64,000 nt of DNA from Octopus sinensis (Eukaryota), in the NCBI RefSeq assembly GCF_006345805.1, contig NW_021833279.1, positions 1 to 64,000 of the forward strand, given 5' to 3'. The position numbers were made by a program, and so were the translations under genes. Positions within the stretch are counted from its first letter, which is position 1. Each line of letters starts with the position of its first letter. The notes beneath the pieces were generated by a model. The model was given only the letters and a program-made list of their open reading frames with translations. It was not told the DNA's origin and made no database searches. This document shows positions 1 to 12,785 of the stretch, in pieces.

Positions 1-34
<34 letters not shown>

Positions 35-90
35 ATTATTGGTGAATTGAAGAAATGGAGCTGAACGCAGATTGAACAGAAATCGTTTTA

Positions 91-180
91 TTTCATTCTA
101 CACGTGTTTCGAAAGGCACAAATTACCAAAATCCGGTTGAATAATGGGACCATATTGTGTCTTTCTCTTCAGGAAGAAAA
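91..180 (-). ncRNA. Hammerhead ribozyme, mirror copy in the left arm
   Basis: Reverse complement of 1732-1821 (tttcattctacacgtgtttcgaaaggcacaa...ttgtgtctttctcttcaggaagaaaa). Confidence 0.85.
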
Positions 181-1731
181 AAGGAAATCCGTTAGAGAAA
201 CAAAAACAGAACAGAGGCGGAGCAAAAACCAAATCGAACTATGCTCCTAAGAGCCCATGGCGAAATTTTATCAGTGTATGCTGAGAACCGGTGGCTGAAG
301 AATTCTACAGGTCAGGCATCGGTCAATCATGTGGGTGAGGGTGTATAGATGTTCTTAGTGACCGAGAATAAAGTTCTGACTATTTAAGGAATATTGGATG
401 TTTTATAAGGGGCGAGAAAAAATCTACTTAGAGACGTTGTGTGTGTATACTGTTCTATATATGTGTGTGTTGGCGTAGGGGTAGAAAAACTTTTTGTGTA
501 CGTGTGTGCGTTTGATCGTTCGGCTGTCAGTGGCTACTGCCGTGATAACCGTTGGGTGGCAGAAAGAAAAAAAATATATATATTATGTTTTATGTGTGTG
601 TGTGTTCATCTGAGCCTGCCTTGTCAAGGAAACCCCCGCTGAGGTGAAAAACCAAGCCCCGTTTGTCTAACAGGAGTAATTCCCCTTGCAGTGGATATCG
701 TAGATATCTTAAAGGCTATTTCAGAATTTGTTACCAAGGGCTATGGGTGCGGTATTATTTATAAACGCTATTTAAAAGCCAGATAAGTGTAACGCCGCCA
801 ATGGGGGCATCGAAAAGCCGACTGTAAGAGCCCGTTTACCATCCGGCCTCTGGCAAACAAAATATGGAAGAGTTCGGAGACACAAAGGTTACACTGTCTT
901 CTGCCCCTATCAAATGGGAGGGCCACCGACAAAATTGACCATTCCAGCCTGTGGCCCTCCCATTTGATAGGGGCAGTCGGTGGCCCTCCCATTTGATAGG
1001 GGCAGAAGACAGTGTAACCTTTGTGTCTCCGAACTCTTCCATATTTTGTTTGCCAGAGGCCGGATGGTAAACGGGCTCTTACAGTCGGCTTTTCGATGCC
1101 CCCATTGGCGGCGTTACACTTATCTGGCTTTTAAATAGCGTTTATAAATAATACCGGCACCCATAGCCCTTGGTAACAAATTCTGAAATAGCTTTAAGAT
1201 ATCTACGATTATCCACTGCAAGGGGAATTACTCCTGTTAGACAAACGGGGCTTGGTTTTTTCACAGCGGGGGGTTTCCTTGACAAGGCAGCTCTCAGATG
1301 AACACACACACACATAAAACATTAATATATATATATTTTTTCTTTCTGCCACCCAACGGTTATCACGGCAGTAGCCACTGACAGCCGAACGATCAAACGC
1401 ACACACGTACACAAAAAGTGTTTTCTACCCCTACGCCAACACACACATATATAGAACAGTATACACACACACACGTCTCTAAGTAGATTTTTTCTCGCCC
1501 CTTATAAAACATCCAATATTCCTTAAATAGTCAGAACTTTATTCTCGGTCACTAAGAACATCTATACACCCTCACCCACATGATTGACCGATGCCTGACC
1601 TGTAGAATTCTTCAGCCACCGGTTCTCAGCATACACTGATAAACAGTTTCGCCATGGGCTCTTAGGAGCATAGTTCGATTTGGTTTTTGCTCCGCCTCTG
1701 TTCTGTTTTTGTTTCTCTAACGGATTTCCTT

Positions 1732-1821
1732 TTTTCTTCCTGAAGAGAAAGACACAATATGGTCCCATTATTCAACCGGATTTTGGTAATTTGTGCCTTT
1801 CGAAACACGTGTAGAATGAAA
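1732..1821 (+). ncRNA. Type I (minimal stem III) hammerhead ribozyme
   Basis: Core CTGAAGA 1740-1746; stem II GAAAGACACAA/TTGTGCCTTTC (10 of 11 paired); GAAA 1802-1805; stem III C-ACGT-G with palindromic loop; GTA cleavage triplet 1811-1813; stem I GAATGAAA pairing with TTTTCTTC upstream of the core. Confidence 0.85.
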
Positions 1822-2282
1822 TAAAACGATTTCTGTTCAATCTGCGTTCAGCTCCATTTCTTCAATTCACCAATAATGTTTTAATTTCAATTATCCGCAC
1901 AACGCACGGTTGCAACGCCAGATGGTTGTACCTCCACCGTGCTGTGTTACTGCTGTGATTTTTGCTACTAAGGTTATCGGTTAACTTTTGATTAATCTAC
2001 ACAAGATTATTCATCTTTCTATTTCACATATATATATATATATTATATATATATATATATGTGTGTGTTTGTGTGTATGTGTGTTTTGTGTGTGTGTGTG
2101 TTTGTATATGTCTGTGTGCTTGTGTGTGTGTGTTTGTTTGTGTGTGTGTGTGTTTGTATATGTGTGTGTGCTTGTGTGTGTGTGTGTTTGTATATGTGTG
2201 TGTGTATAGCACCTTTCTTTCAATCTCAATCTACCAAATCTACTGACATGGCTTTGGTGTGTGTGTGTGTGTGTGTTTGTGT

Positions 2283-2570
2283 GGAAGCGCTGTGGCCCAG
2301 TGGTTAGTGCAGCGGAGTCACGGTTGTAGGATCGCGGTTTCGATTCCCAGACTGGGCGTTGTGAGTGTTTAAAGCTCTACGAGGCTCAGGGAGTGGGTTG
2401 TGTTGATCTCTGCTGTACTCTTTCGCTACAACTTTCTCCCTTTCTTCTGTTGGCCTGCTCGCTTAGCCCGCGGGATGGCGTCATTTGAAGGCGAAAACAA
2501 TGCGAAGCGCATTGTGACCGGCGATGTGTAGCAACAACTGATAGCCTGGTCGGTCACGGTGAACACGGAG
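2283..2570 (+). mobile_element. tRNA-derived SINE, family 2 (ancestral to the array)
   Basis: A-box-like TGGCCCAGTGG and B-box-like GTTTCGATTCC; homologous copies at ~14713-15003, ~26059-26362 and ~51761-52040. Confidence 0.7.
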
Positions 2571-4189
2571 ATATATATATGTATCATACGCACACAACAC
2601 ACACACATACACACGTACATACACACACACCAGCACAGATGCCCTCATCTACCCCCAACAAACAATACTCATACTGATACGCACGCACTAATACACAAAT
2701 GGGCACAGACACACACGCACATACACACACTTAAGCGCACACACGCACACAAGCACACGCACGCACACGCACGCACAAATTCACATATACGCCGATACTT
2801 ATACATACACACAATATATGCCTACACGCATACACACACATACACATACGTATATACATACAGACACACACACACACGCACGCAAAAAGATGCGCACACA
2901 TACGCACGCACACACGCATATTAATTCACATACCCAAAACTCACAACGCCACGGATACACGTATATACACCCATATACGCTTACACACACACATACAAAC
3001 GCACATGTACATGCACATCAGAAACACGCACATACATACACACACACACACACACACAAATGAACACACATATACATCCCATACACTCGGCACACAATTA
3101 TACATACACGCTCACAATTATACATACATGTATACACACATACGCACGTACAAGCACACACTCACACATACTCTAATTAAAGCACAGTTATTCACCACAC
3201 ACCCAAACTCTATGCATACACACACTGACACACACACATACGTACACACACACACAATACAAACAAAACACACACACGATACATATACATACCCGCACAC
3301 ACACACATACTTCAAAGTAGCAGTACCTACTACTTGACCTGGGGTAGAGACAAAAGGAGCCACGCCCAATTCCTTCTTCCTTGACCTTAACACTACTAGC
3401 CCTACACCATGCAAAGATTAACAGCCACAACCACACACACATACACACACACACGCACACACACGCACACACACACACACGTGTCAACTTTGCACACATA
3501 CACACATACACACACACGCACACGCAGACCTCCGCGTCCGCACATATCCACACTTACACACACATTCTTCCTCCTCTACAACTCTCCTGTCTTTGAAAGA
3601 ACTTTTCTTCACCCATTTCCTTACGGTCATTCAAAATGTGTGCGCGTGTGTACCGTTGGCGATCTTTTTTCCTCTGTCTTCCCTTCTCAGGATCTTTCCT
3701 TCTCGTATGTTTCCGACGAAGAGCTCCGCTCGAAACGTTAAACCCTCCTTCTTTCCTTCTTTCCTCAGCGTCCAATATACTCTCTTTGTTCCACGTCCTC
3801 GCGTTATGTGGTGCTTTGTGCTTTCTTGTTTGAATTAAATTTAACTATTATATACATGTGTGTGTCTCTATATATATAATATATATATATAATATATATA
3901 ATATATATATATATATGTAGAAATATGTGTGTGTGTATATATAATATATATATTATTATGTGTGTGTGTGTACTAGCAGACATACCCGGCATTGCTGGGG
4001 ATAAAACGGGAAGTTGGTATATAATATATTCGAGTCATTTTGAAACAGGTGATGGGAAGTGCAACATTGACAACAAAACATTTGTAGAGTAAATGGGCTA
4101 ATTCGACTAAGCAACATGCTATGCGTCCGTTTGGAGTGTTTCAACCCTAACATGTCATGCAAAATTGGAGGTGGGGTTGTGTGATTTTT

Positions 4190-4585
4190 GAACGCACCAA
4201 AAAGCTGTCAGTGGATATACTCTCCTTTGCAGCAGTGTGCGCTGTGTCTAACACGACCCATCATCGGAAATTTTGACACACACGTCGGGTTTCTTGTCCT
4301 ACACGTCACTCATAGAGTAAATTTAGACGAACTGTGGTTGTTCATTCGCGGGTACCAGGGAACCATTGAGGGGATAGATTGCCATTGAACTTTGACGTCG
4401 GCGTAAATTCATGTTTATCTATCTTCTTAGATTCACCAAAAGATGTCAATTGAAATGCAAAGTTGTATTGTCTGATATTGTTCAGAAAATCCTTTGACTG
4501 GATTGAAGCGCCTTCTAGAAGATTCCTAAGGGGTTGAGATGGTAGTGTTGGCAATGATACCTGTCCGAATATGTTGTCATCTATT
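4190..4585 (-). mobile_element. Degenerate Helitron Rep/helicase ORF fragment (intron 1)
   Basis: Minus-strand GQVSLPTLPSQPLRNLLEG...FLNNIRQYNFAF(Q)xTSFG...FTPT, then KVQGQVY and NEQPQFL in shifted frames of sister copies, matching the Helitron NIRxYNSAFQMTSFG / FKVQGQVYH region. Also at ~28010-28405, ~39815-40220 and ~53295-53695. Confidence 0.75.
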
Positions 4586-4661
4586 GCATTGTTTTAAGTT
4601 CTAATCGATTATAAATACCCTGAAGTTCTATTTATATGATGCTATTTCTATTTTTTCACAG

Positions 4662-4714
4662 AACCGTTTCATCTCCAAGAAATCTCTCGACGATAAACCT
4701 GATGATACACCCAA
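4662..4714 (+). CDS. Copy 1 exon 2 (stalk NRFISKKSLDDKPDDTP)
   Basis: ttttttcacAG acceptor and GTAAGA donor; 53 nt versus the 52 nt consensus (extra C in a homopolymer, likely an error). Confidence 0.75.
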
Positions 4715-4959
4715 GTAAGAACTAATTTATAGTTAAAGTCGTTTTACCCGTGTCTCCTTAAGTAATGATTTATAATTTTAAGCAACTTTGAATTATTCCA
4801 CATTACTAATCCTATGTCCACAGTAATATATACTAAGACACTTGCCTGAATTATTTCAAAATATATTCTACTTTACAAGATTTCCTAAATAAAATATTAC
4901 TCTAATATACTATGATAATTATGTGTGTATATGAGTACATATGCAACGCTACGTCGAGA

Positions 4960-6900
4960 ATTGTACCAAGCCTCTTCATCTGAGAATCAAATGCCCGAGC
5001 TGTCGCTTCACTGCGTTTTATATCTACAATTCAGCATTCTGTCCACTCTTGTGCTTCAATAATTCGTGAATAGAACCCGAATAATTATGTTCCACTTTCC
5101 TACAAAGTCGGTATTTGTCAACCCTGCCTTGGTGTACCCGGCAGCCAATCCATTCAATGCACGTTGTTTGACAATCAGATGAATCACGTAGCAGCATGTC
5201 GTCTACAAATAACAGTCGACCGATCACGTAGAGATGAATTAGGAATCCTCTACCACAATGGCTGCGCATATTCAACCAGATCACAAAAAAGAATGTGAGA
5301 GGGGGCACTAACATGCACCTTCAACTAAGTGAAACATTCACGTTGAAACTTTCGACTTTTACATAAATACAATCATTTGAACATCCATATAAGTACTTTA
5401 TGGCAACCAGTATTTGCCCATTAAACTCAACTTCATGTAAACCATCCGCAACATGCCCCAGGGCACGTGATCTTTGTGCCTTTTTCGTGGTTTACAGCGT
5501 ATAAACTTGGAAATATTTCAGTGTTTTTTCAGTGTTTGCTGGAGATCTGCTTTGAACGACTCTCTGGTTGGGGTGTACTGCGTCCCGGACAGTAATCTTG
5601 GGCACGACATTTTCCCTACTTATCGTTTCCCTGACATCTAGTGTAGACTTTTTTCTATTAGAAACACAATCTTTGGTCTCTGTTTGAAAAAATTGTGATT
5701 GTCACCCCATATACCATTGCCTTGGTGTGTTTTCCACAGGTCCCATCCACCTAGCATACATTGGTCACTCAGAGAATACCATTTGTATTTAAGGTTTCTA
5801 AAATAAAGCCGAACGTCCTTATCACCAGCAGCTTTATCACTTTTAAGTGAATTTAGCTCAAATAAGCGTTCAACCGAAGAAGAACCTGCCGAATAAATAA
5901 TACATCACGAATCCATTTCGATGTCCCACTTCATTCAGGATGGTCACTCTCAATTTGGATGCAAAAGTCTCCACAATTTTATATCTGATCCAGCATCCAC
6001 AGCGGCTTCCAACTGTATTCTGTAGTCGCACTGGACTTAACAATTTCTAGTGTTCGGCAGACTGTAGGAATTTTTCAGGGTTTCAGACATTTAGGTAGTG
6101 ACGAGTTGACAACTCCACCCTTCCTTTTACCCAAACGTTCAGCAAAGACTAAAGATGACCGAAATCTATCAAAAACCTCTGTCACCAAGTATTTCTATTC
6201 CAGGCACCCTTATAATTATCCCTGTCTTCAAATAATATATATACCATAGAATGAAGAGTGTGTATCCTGCACTGAAGGCTGCTATGACCTCTCCATTAAG
6301 TTCACTGACGACATTCCTTCCAATCAATCCTTCTCACGGTTATCAGTGCCAAGGTGTGACTGAAGTCACCTTGCAGGACAAATGACTTTACCCCAAATAT
6401 TTCTAAAGCTGAGGTGAATTTGGTTAGGATTGATTTGTATTTGAGCTCGCTGTTTGCTGCATATACTTACAGCAGCCACATTGGCCCTTCATATTCAGCC
6501 TTAGATTCCATAGGTGAACCCTCACACCTAGTAAGTTTCATTCCATAATACAATCCGAAAGCTGGGGATTGAGAGTATCCTAATCCCACCTGTGCAGACA
6601 TTGTTGGCACCACAGTTGCGTAGTGGAGTTTTCAAGCCTATATCCAAGAGTACGCTATCGGAGAAACGAAATTTGTAGAGGAGACCCCGATTAATCTTAC
6701 AGGCAGATTATATCTAACAATTTTGACGTTTTAATTCTCAATTATTAAAGGTTGTTCCCTTCTGATCTGCTTTGGTGTCCTGAGACCGTCAATTTTGTGC
6801 TCCCACCCCACGCAACACCCAGATTAATTTGCGGCTTCTTGCTTGTTTGCACCGGTATTGGTGGGTTGTGCTATACATTATCGAACGGACTCCTTTACTC
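4960..6900 (-). mobile_element. Degenerate RTE-clade LINE (APE endonuclease + RT remnants) in intron 2
   Basis: Motifs read across sister copies: GDFSAHLGTD (APE), LKSDKAAGE...KTPRQWKxGVxIxIF...NYR, KVYxRCxEKxCREIVVPK and LLFVDDMLL (RT). Also at ~15290-17200, ~28790-30430, ~40600-43830 (split by mariner) and ~54070-55990. Confidence 0.8.
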
Positions 6901-7415
6901 GAGATCCGGATGCGGATGTCCTTTTAACTAAATCGACAAATGATGCGGTATGGTTGTTATTTTTCATATTGTAGTTATGATGGCCATATTTGCGCCGAGC
7001 TCCAAACTGATATTGTAATTGACCGATGAATATTCGCACCTGGCGAATATTTTATCATTATTCTATTGAGTTTTATCATTATTCGATTGAGAAGTATATA
7101 TACTCATACCCAAGTTTACGTATCATACATACATCCGTTCATAGCGGAGACCGATACACATTCTGATATTCTGATATTAATCTCTCAATCTTTGACATCA
7201 ACGTCACCAACAGCTCAACAGACAATGTCTTTTTCTTTCTTACAATTTATTCTTATTATTTACATCTTTCGTTCTGACTTTCATTCATTCACTCGTTCTT
7301 CTTAACTTCTATATTTCTCTCTTCTCCTCAATTCTTCCCATCCAACATCCTACTTTGTAAATGATCCCCCTTCTTTCTCTTAACTACTTTACTTTACTTC
7401 ATTTTAATATCACAG

Positions 7416-7491
7416 AACCCGGTCTCGGATCATTGTATACCCGGTGGTGCAGAACAAACTTGTCCTCCTTATTCGAAACTTGTATATGACG
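7416..7491 (+). CDS. Copy 1 exon 3 (xPGLGSLYTRWxRTTCPPYSxLVYDG)
   Basis: cacAG / GTTAGT splice sites; start of the NC1-like domain (YTRWGRTTCP motif); 76 nt versus the 75 nt consensus. Confidence 0.8.
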
Positions 7492-8803
7492 GTTAGTATA
7501 CTTTATATTTCTCACCTCTCATTCTCTTTTTGTCTTTCTCTTGTTCACTTTTTATACCTCTCCTTCTCTCTTTTTGTTGCCTCTCTTTCTTCTCTCACCC
7601 TCCTCTCTCACGCACATGCAACCACACTCACCCTTTCTCGGGTTGTCTGACAATAAAACTTCTCATATCCTCTTATGATGTGTCACGTTTCAAAACGTAT
7701 TATACCTGTAGACTATACAGACACTACCAAAGACTGCTTACTCTTTTTAGGTATTTGGTCAAATCAGAATATTATATGTTGTCTACTACGGACCAAGTGA
7801 AAAGGATGCTAACTGGTGTCAAGTGTACTGGCTACGGATGGTGGTATGTGTACGTGAGTGACCAGAGCTGAAAAGTGGCCACTTGACTATCAGTAACTAG
7901 AGCGCCCATGATCGTAGGTTGGGCTAAATTGAATAGAGTCTATTAGAATTGATGACAGTGACTGTAAATGGTTAATGGAAGTACGCACAATGTAGAATGG
8001 GACTGGACAAGCCACATACTGTACTGATGGAAAAAGCTAAGGACTTTATTCATTAAGTAAATAGAGAGAGACTAAATATTAGTGAGAGAAAACACACAGA
8101 GTACAGAATGCACTTCTATTCTCTCCGCCTCACCGAAATCGTCCTATCGCTAAAACCTTGCTCTTTTCATGCACCACATCACCATCATTAATTATCCAGT
8201 TATATTTTGTAAGGTAATTCCGAAACTTCCAATTCAAATTGCTGCTACAAACAGCTTCCCCAGTCAACCCTCACATTCCTTTAAAATGCTCTGAATCTGC
8301 TGTCTATAAACCTTACACGTATCATTAATCGGTCGCCCACTCCGCCGTCCATTCATCTTAAGCACTATGCCATCACTGAACTCACGACTTTTCCTCCCAC
8401 CTCGTTTCTTTTCTGTGTATTCAGAAAAAAGTCTGTGTGATCATAACGTCTATGTAAGCCTGATTCGTCCGAGTCTAAACGAGAGGTTAGCCACTGACTC
8501 TCGTTTGATCGACTAAACAAACATTTCATCGACGGTTACCACCACTTCTCTGCATCTTCGTCGTCTCCCGTATTGTCCTACTCAAACCTCCTACACTTTC
8601 CACCACCCAATATCCCCGTTCACACGTGAACATCGTTTCTATTTGGATAAACACGAGTGCAGGCGTTATAAAATATCTTTCTTTTTCTCCATCTGGTGAC
8701 ATCCACCGAAAGACACCTACCCCATGCAAACATACAATAATCCACGTCGTAACCACATAGGTACCCGTATACACACAACATATATATACATATATATTTT
8801 ATA

Positions 8804-9194
8804 GGCGCAGGAGTGGCTGTGTAGTAAGTAGCTTGCTTACCAACCACATGGTTCCGGGTTCAGTCCCACTGCGTGGTCATTTGGGCAAGTGTCTTCTGCT
8901 ATAGCCTCGGCCGACCAATGCCATGTAGTGATTTGGTAGACGGAAACTGAAAGAAGGCTGTCGAATATATGTATTATATATATATATTTGTGGTGTCTGT
9001 GTTTGTCCCCCACCATCGCTTTACAAACGATGCTGGTGTGTTTACGTCCCCGTTTCTTAGCGGGTCGGGAAAAAGATCGATAGAATAAGTATTGGTTTAC
9101 AAATAATAAGTCCCGGGTCGAGATGCTCGACTGAAGGCGGTGCTCCAGCATGGCCGCTATCAAATGACTGAAACAAGAAAAAATAAAAAAAGAG
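8804..9194 (+). mobile_element. tRNA-derived SINE, family 1, full length; insertion specific to copy 1
   Basis: GGCGCAGGAGTGGCTGTG head with B-box-like GGTTCAGTCCC and an A-rich tail; sister units have only (AT)n here. Confidence 0.8.
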
Positions 9195-9446
9195 TACATA
9201 TATATATATATATATCTATATATATATATATATATAATATATATATACATATGATGAGAAGGCAAACGCACAGCTACGATCTCATACTACCTCAACACAC
9301 TGCTTACACACACATAAACTTCGTTCACATGCGACTAAACAATGACTTCTTTTAAGTGAAAAAATTGTAATGATGTTTCTGTTATTTTCATATATAATTT
9401 TGCTTAACATCTTCTTTTTTACTTGATTTATTCTTACCAATTCTAG

Positions 9447-9941
9447 GTGTGGTTGTGGACATTTTATTCTCATACTGGTTGGCGGAAGTAATCTCTTGTT
9501 CTACCCAACGATCCCATTTGGGCCAATATACTACAGAAGTTGAAGAAGGAGGTTACATTTATGGTAGTGAATAGAACTAAATTTTTAACCCAACTAATAA
9601 ACTCTTTTCTTTTGCTAACGCTGAATCAATTCATCAACACAACGTTCCGTGCGCTGTCTGTTTGACACGACAACCCGCTGTTGTTATAGGTTACCAGCCA
9701 GGACAAAGTGTTACCCTGGTTGGACAGCTGAGTATTCGGGATATTTGATGACCGAGTATTATAAGCATAAGGGCAGACATGAGTATGTGTGTGTGGATTA
9801 TGCACCAGAAGCTGATCCATCGGGTTACAGAAACGAAGATGGAGTTTAATATATTTCGTTCAGGCTGCTTGTGGTTCATTGCCATGTCCACCGTATGTCA
9901 ATGGTCGAGAATAACCTGCGTTGTGTGGCAGTAAATACTGA
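9447..9941 (+). CDS. Copy 1 exon 4, short-chain collagen C4-like (NC1-type) domain; several small indels
   Basis: ttctAG acceptor; HNVPCAVC, LPARTKCYPGWTAEYSGYLMT, EYVCVD and CGSLPCPPY motifs; 495 nt versus the 500 nt consensus. Confidence 0.8.
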
Positions 9942-9995
9942 TCGAATTTACATTCGTTTCTATATGAAAATTTATGTCGGCGAATCATAAAATAT

Positions 9996-10005
9996 AATAA
10001 ATAAA
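9996..10005 (+). promoter_or_regulatory. Polyadenylation signal
   Basis: AATAAA ~55 nt after the stop, followed by a GT/T-rich tract; same position in copy 4 (46674) and copy 5 (58760). Confidence 0.6.
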
Positions 10006-11366
10006 GCACATATACGTTTCTTGTAATTGTGTTTCGCAATATTTTATCCGACTAATATATGTCGTTAAATAAGTTTTCTGCTACAAGTTTTTTCAGAAAA
10101 TATCCAAACGAAACAACAGAGAAGTCCATAGAATGTGACAAATAGCTTAACAAAACGATGTAATCCTCAAGGAATGATTCTAGATACATTGTATGAGGTT
10201 CCAGTTTATCAAATTTAAATGTGAAATAAAATGATGATTCGTTTTAATGTGTGTTGTATTTCGTCTTAAAATGAAAACAATCCCACAAATGAAACACCTC
10301 CGTACAATATATCACCCTTTCATGATCAATCTTCAGAAACACGATAAAAGCTTATAACTAACATCACTAAATCATGATGGTTTGATAAAAAATACTCCCA
10401 TACGTATCATTGTAAGTACAATTGATTGCGATGAAAGCTCTGCAATCCAATCGCGGATATTACCTAATAAAGGATATTTGAATATCCACTGAAGAATACC
10501 ACAAAATGTTGACTACCTAACTACTTGTCAGGTTACTAAACACATTGAAGTTTTCACGAAACACTTTCGACAAGTTACAGTACACGTCCCACGATCAACT
10601 ATTTTCAACCTACATTCACATATTCCCGCTTTTCTATGAAAATCACAAGCACAAACCACGTCGTCACATTACACACGCAGCCTCTCATCGTTCCCTGAAC
10701 ACTGATGTGCCAAAAGAAAATATGAAACCACCAAAAATATGAGTAGACTTCAGGAACAGCATCAACCGAATCTACAGCAACACCACAAAACATCAAGTTG
10801 ACAAATTATCTCCGTCTGTACGTAAAACTATCAAACTCGCAGAAGGGAACTTGCTTCGAGATACATGCATACAATAACTGTAACACACATAAACGACTTA
10901 GTAAGGAAGGAACACCACTTATAAAAATGCATTAGGTGGAATCATGCAACATGTTGATCTTTCACACTCTAACCCAGCATGATTGCTCCTTGTATGTGGA
11001 AGTTTTGTAGAATGGCTGCCAGCTAAACGAAGGTATCCGTGGAAAGAGGGATCTGTGGTGGCAGCACGTTTTTTGTCCGTTAATTGCGTGCCATAAGAAT
11101 GCTCGATTGTGAAAAAGCTAGAGAAAAAGAATAATAATTAAGTAATATGAAAGCACGAAATGCAAATGGACAAATGAATATATGGAAACATTCAACATGG
11201 CGTTTCCAGTGACAGTATTAGCGCTCAGTATTAGGCATAAGCAATTTTTTAGGTTCGTTAAAAATGTGATAATGGCATATTTCAACTCTAAATGCAAATT
11301 CTGTGCAAAAAGTTGCAAAAACAGCATGTCAGTCCAGTGCTCTCCCTATCGGGTTCCAGTCAGTCG

Positions 11367-11516
11367 TTATCAAAAGAAATACCGAAGAGGGAATATCTGG
11401 ACAACTTAAAACATAGCTTTACTTAAACATAGTCACAACAACGAGTAAGTGACGCCATTAGAGCGCCAGGACTGGAGTGTGTCGTGATTACCTCCGTCGG
11501 TATTTCTCTTTAATAA
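11367..11516. repeat. ~155 bp element with ~25 bp terminal inverted repeats (MITE-like)
   Basis: TTATCAAAAGAAATACCGAAGAGG ... CCCTTCGGTATTTCTGTTTGATAA (consensus); also 22749-22905, 48050-48206 and 60130-60286. Confidence 0.5.
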
Positions 11517-11599
11517 ATACTTCGCTAGAGGAGTTGACCTCAACCTTGTGCCCCAACAGTAACTGTGGTCGCTCGTACGAGCCTGCATTTCCCCGCATA

Positions 11600-12277
11600 T
11601 TTGTGTGTATGTTTGTGTGTGTGTGTGTGTGTGTGTGTAGTGTTTGTGTGCATGTGTCCGTGTGTGTGTATGTGTGTGTGTGTGTGTGTCTCAGCGTGTG
11701 TGTGTGTCAGTGTGTGTTAGTCACGGTGTGTGGGTCAGTGTGTGTCAGTGTGTTGTGTCAGTGTGTGTGTCATGTGTGTGTGTATCAGTGTGTATGTGTG
11801 TGTGTGCGTCAGTGTAAGTGTTTGTGTGTGAATGGTGTGTGTGAATGTGTGGTGGTGTGTTATGTGTGTATGTGTGTATGAGTATGTCATGTGTGTGTGT
11901 GTGTGTGTGTCAGTGTGTGTGTGTGTATGTCATTGCGTGTATGTGTGTCAGTGTGTGTGTGCGTGTGTGTGTGTATGTCACTGTGTGTGTGTGTGTGTGT
12001 ATGTCAGTGTGTTCGTGTGTGTGTCAGTGTATGTGTGTGTGTGTATGCCAGTGTGTGTGTCAGTGTGTGTGAGAGTGTGTGTGTGTGTGTGTGTCAGTGT
12101 GTATGTGTGTTTGTATTTGTGTGTGTATCGGTGTGTGTGTGTCAGTGTGTGTGTGTTTCTCAGTGTGCGTGTGTGTGTCAGTGTGTGTGTGTGTATGTAT
12201 GTCAGTGTGTTTGTGTGTATGTGTGTCTGTGTGTGTGTGTGTGTCAGTGTGTGAGTGTGTGTGTGTGTGTCAGTGTG

Positions 12278-12310
<33 letters not shown>

Positions 12311-12380
12311 TTTGCGTGCGTGTGCGTGTGGGAGTGTGTCTGTGTGTCAATGTGTGTGGGTGTGTGTGTGTGTGTGTATT
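11600..12380. repeat. Compound (GT)n/(CAGTGTGT)n microsatellite upstream of exon 1
   Basis: Read directly; equivalents at ~22985-23560, ~38097-38640, ~48295-48915 and ~60370-61130. Confidence 0.95.
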
Positions 12381-12384
12381 TGTC

Positions 12385-12785
12385 GGTTGAACGAAATACT
12401 TCCCACACTGAATATTAAAACATTTTCCCAAGAATAACAAATAAAATTAAATAACAACATTAGTAAATAATATATCATATTATCCAGAACAGGAATCATT
12501 TCACGTTACACGTGTCTCTCATTCATCAAAATATTTTGCTAATTATTGTGACAATAATCAACAACCATCTCTTTCCATAATTAACCTGTCAGACAAGTTC
12601 ACGCCCACTTTACAGTTCCACCAATCGCATCGGGTTCATAATTTACGATAAGATCTATGCCAGAGCTGGGTTGTTGTGCGCTCAATAAATACGAATTCAG
12701 TACAGGTCTTCAGCTTAAACCTCGCATCTCGATCTTTTGTTGAAGCCACACGAAGTATCACTTACGGCCGACAACTGTCACCAGA
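12385..12785 (+). promoter_or_regulatory. Putative promoter / 5'UTR of the array gene
   Basis: Unique ~400 bp conserved upstream of every exon 1; TATA-like AATAAATA about 30 nt before an Inr-like TCAGCT. Positional inference only. Confidence 0.3.

Larger units (their letters stand above)
31..2030. mobile_element. Penelope-like retroelement 3' fragment in inverted (foldback) arrangement: arms 31-930 and 976-1881, right copy with ~150 bp extra tail
   Basis: 31-930 is the near-perfect reverse complement of 976-1881. Each arm encodes SVALPFDRGRRQCNLCVSELFHILF...FRCPH (preceded by WSIL on the - strand, ORF 768-992), resembling the W-x-I...C-x-LC-x-x-E...C-x-H C-terminus of PLE GIY-YIG endonucleases. 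It sits in an (AT)n run and is absent from the homologous site of other units. Confidence 0.75.

Noticed and set aside
7790-8480. Coding-looking decayed sequence in intron 3
   Set aside because: Many stops in all frames and no motif I can assign; possibly an old transposable element, but unsupported.
2283-8880. tRNA-like A/B boxes at SINE heads
   Set aside because: No cloverleaf or acceptor stem; they continue into SINE bodies.
11600-12380. Periodic CAGTGTGT motifs as a CRISPR-like or coded array
   Set aside because: Irregular microsatellite with no unique spacers, in a eukaryotic context.
12426-12435. TTCCCAAGAA STAT-like site upstream of exon 1
   Set aside because: A short motif in AT-rich DNA, absent in copies 3 and 4; chance occurrence cannot be excluded.
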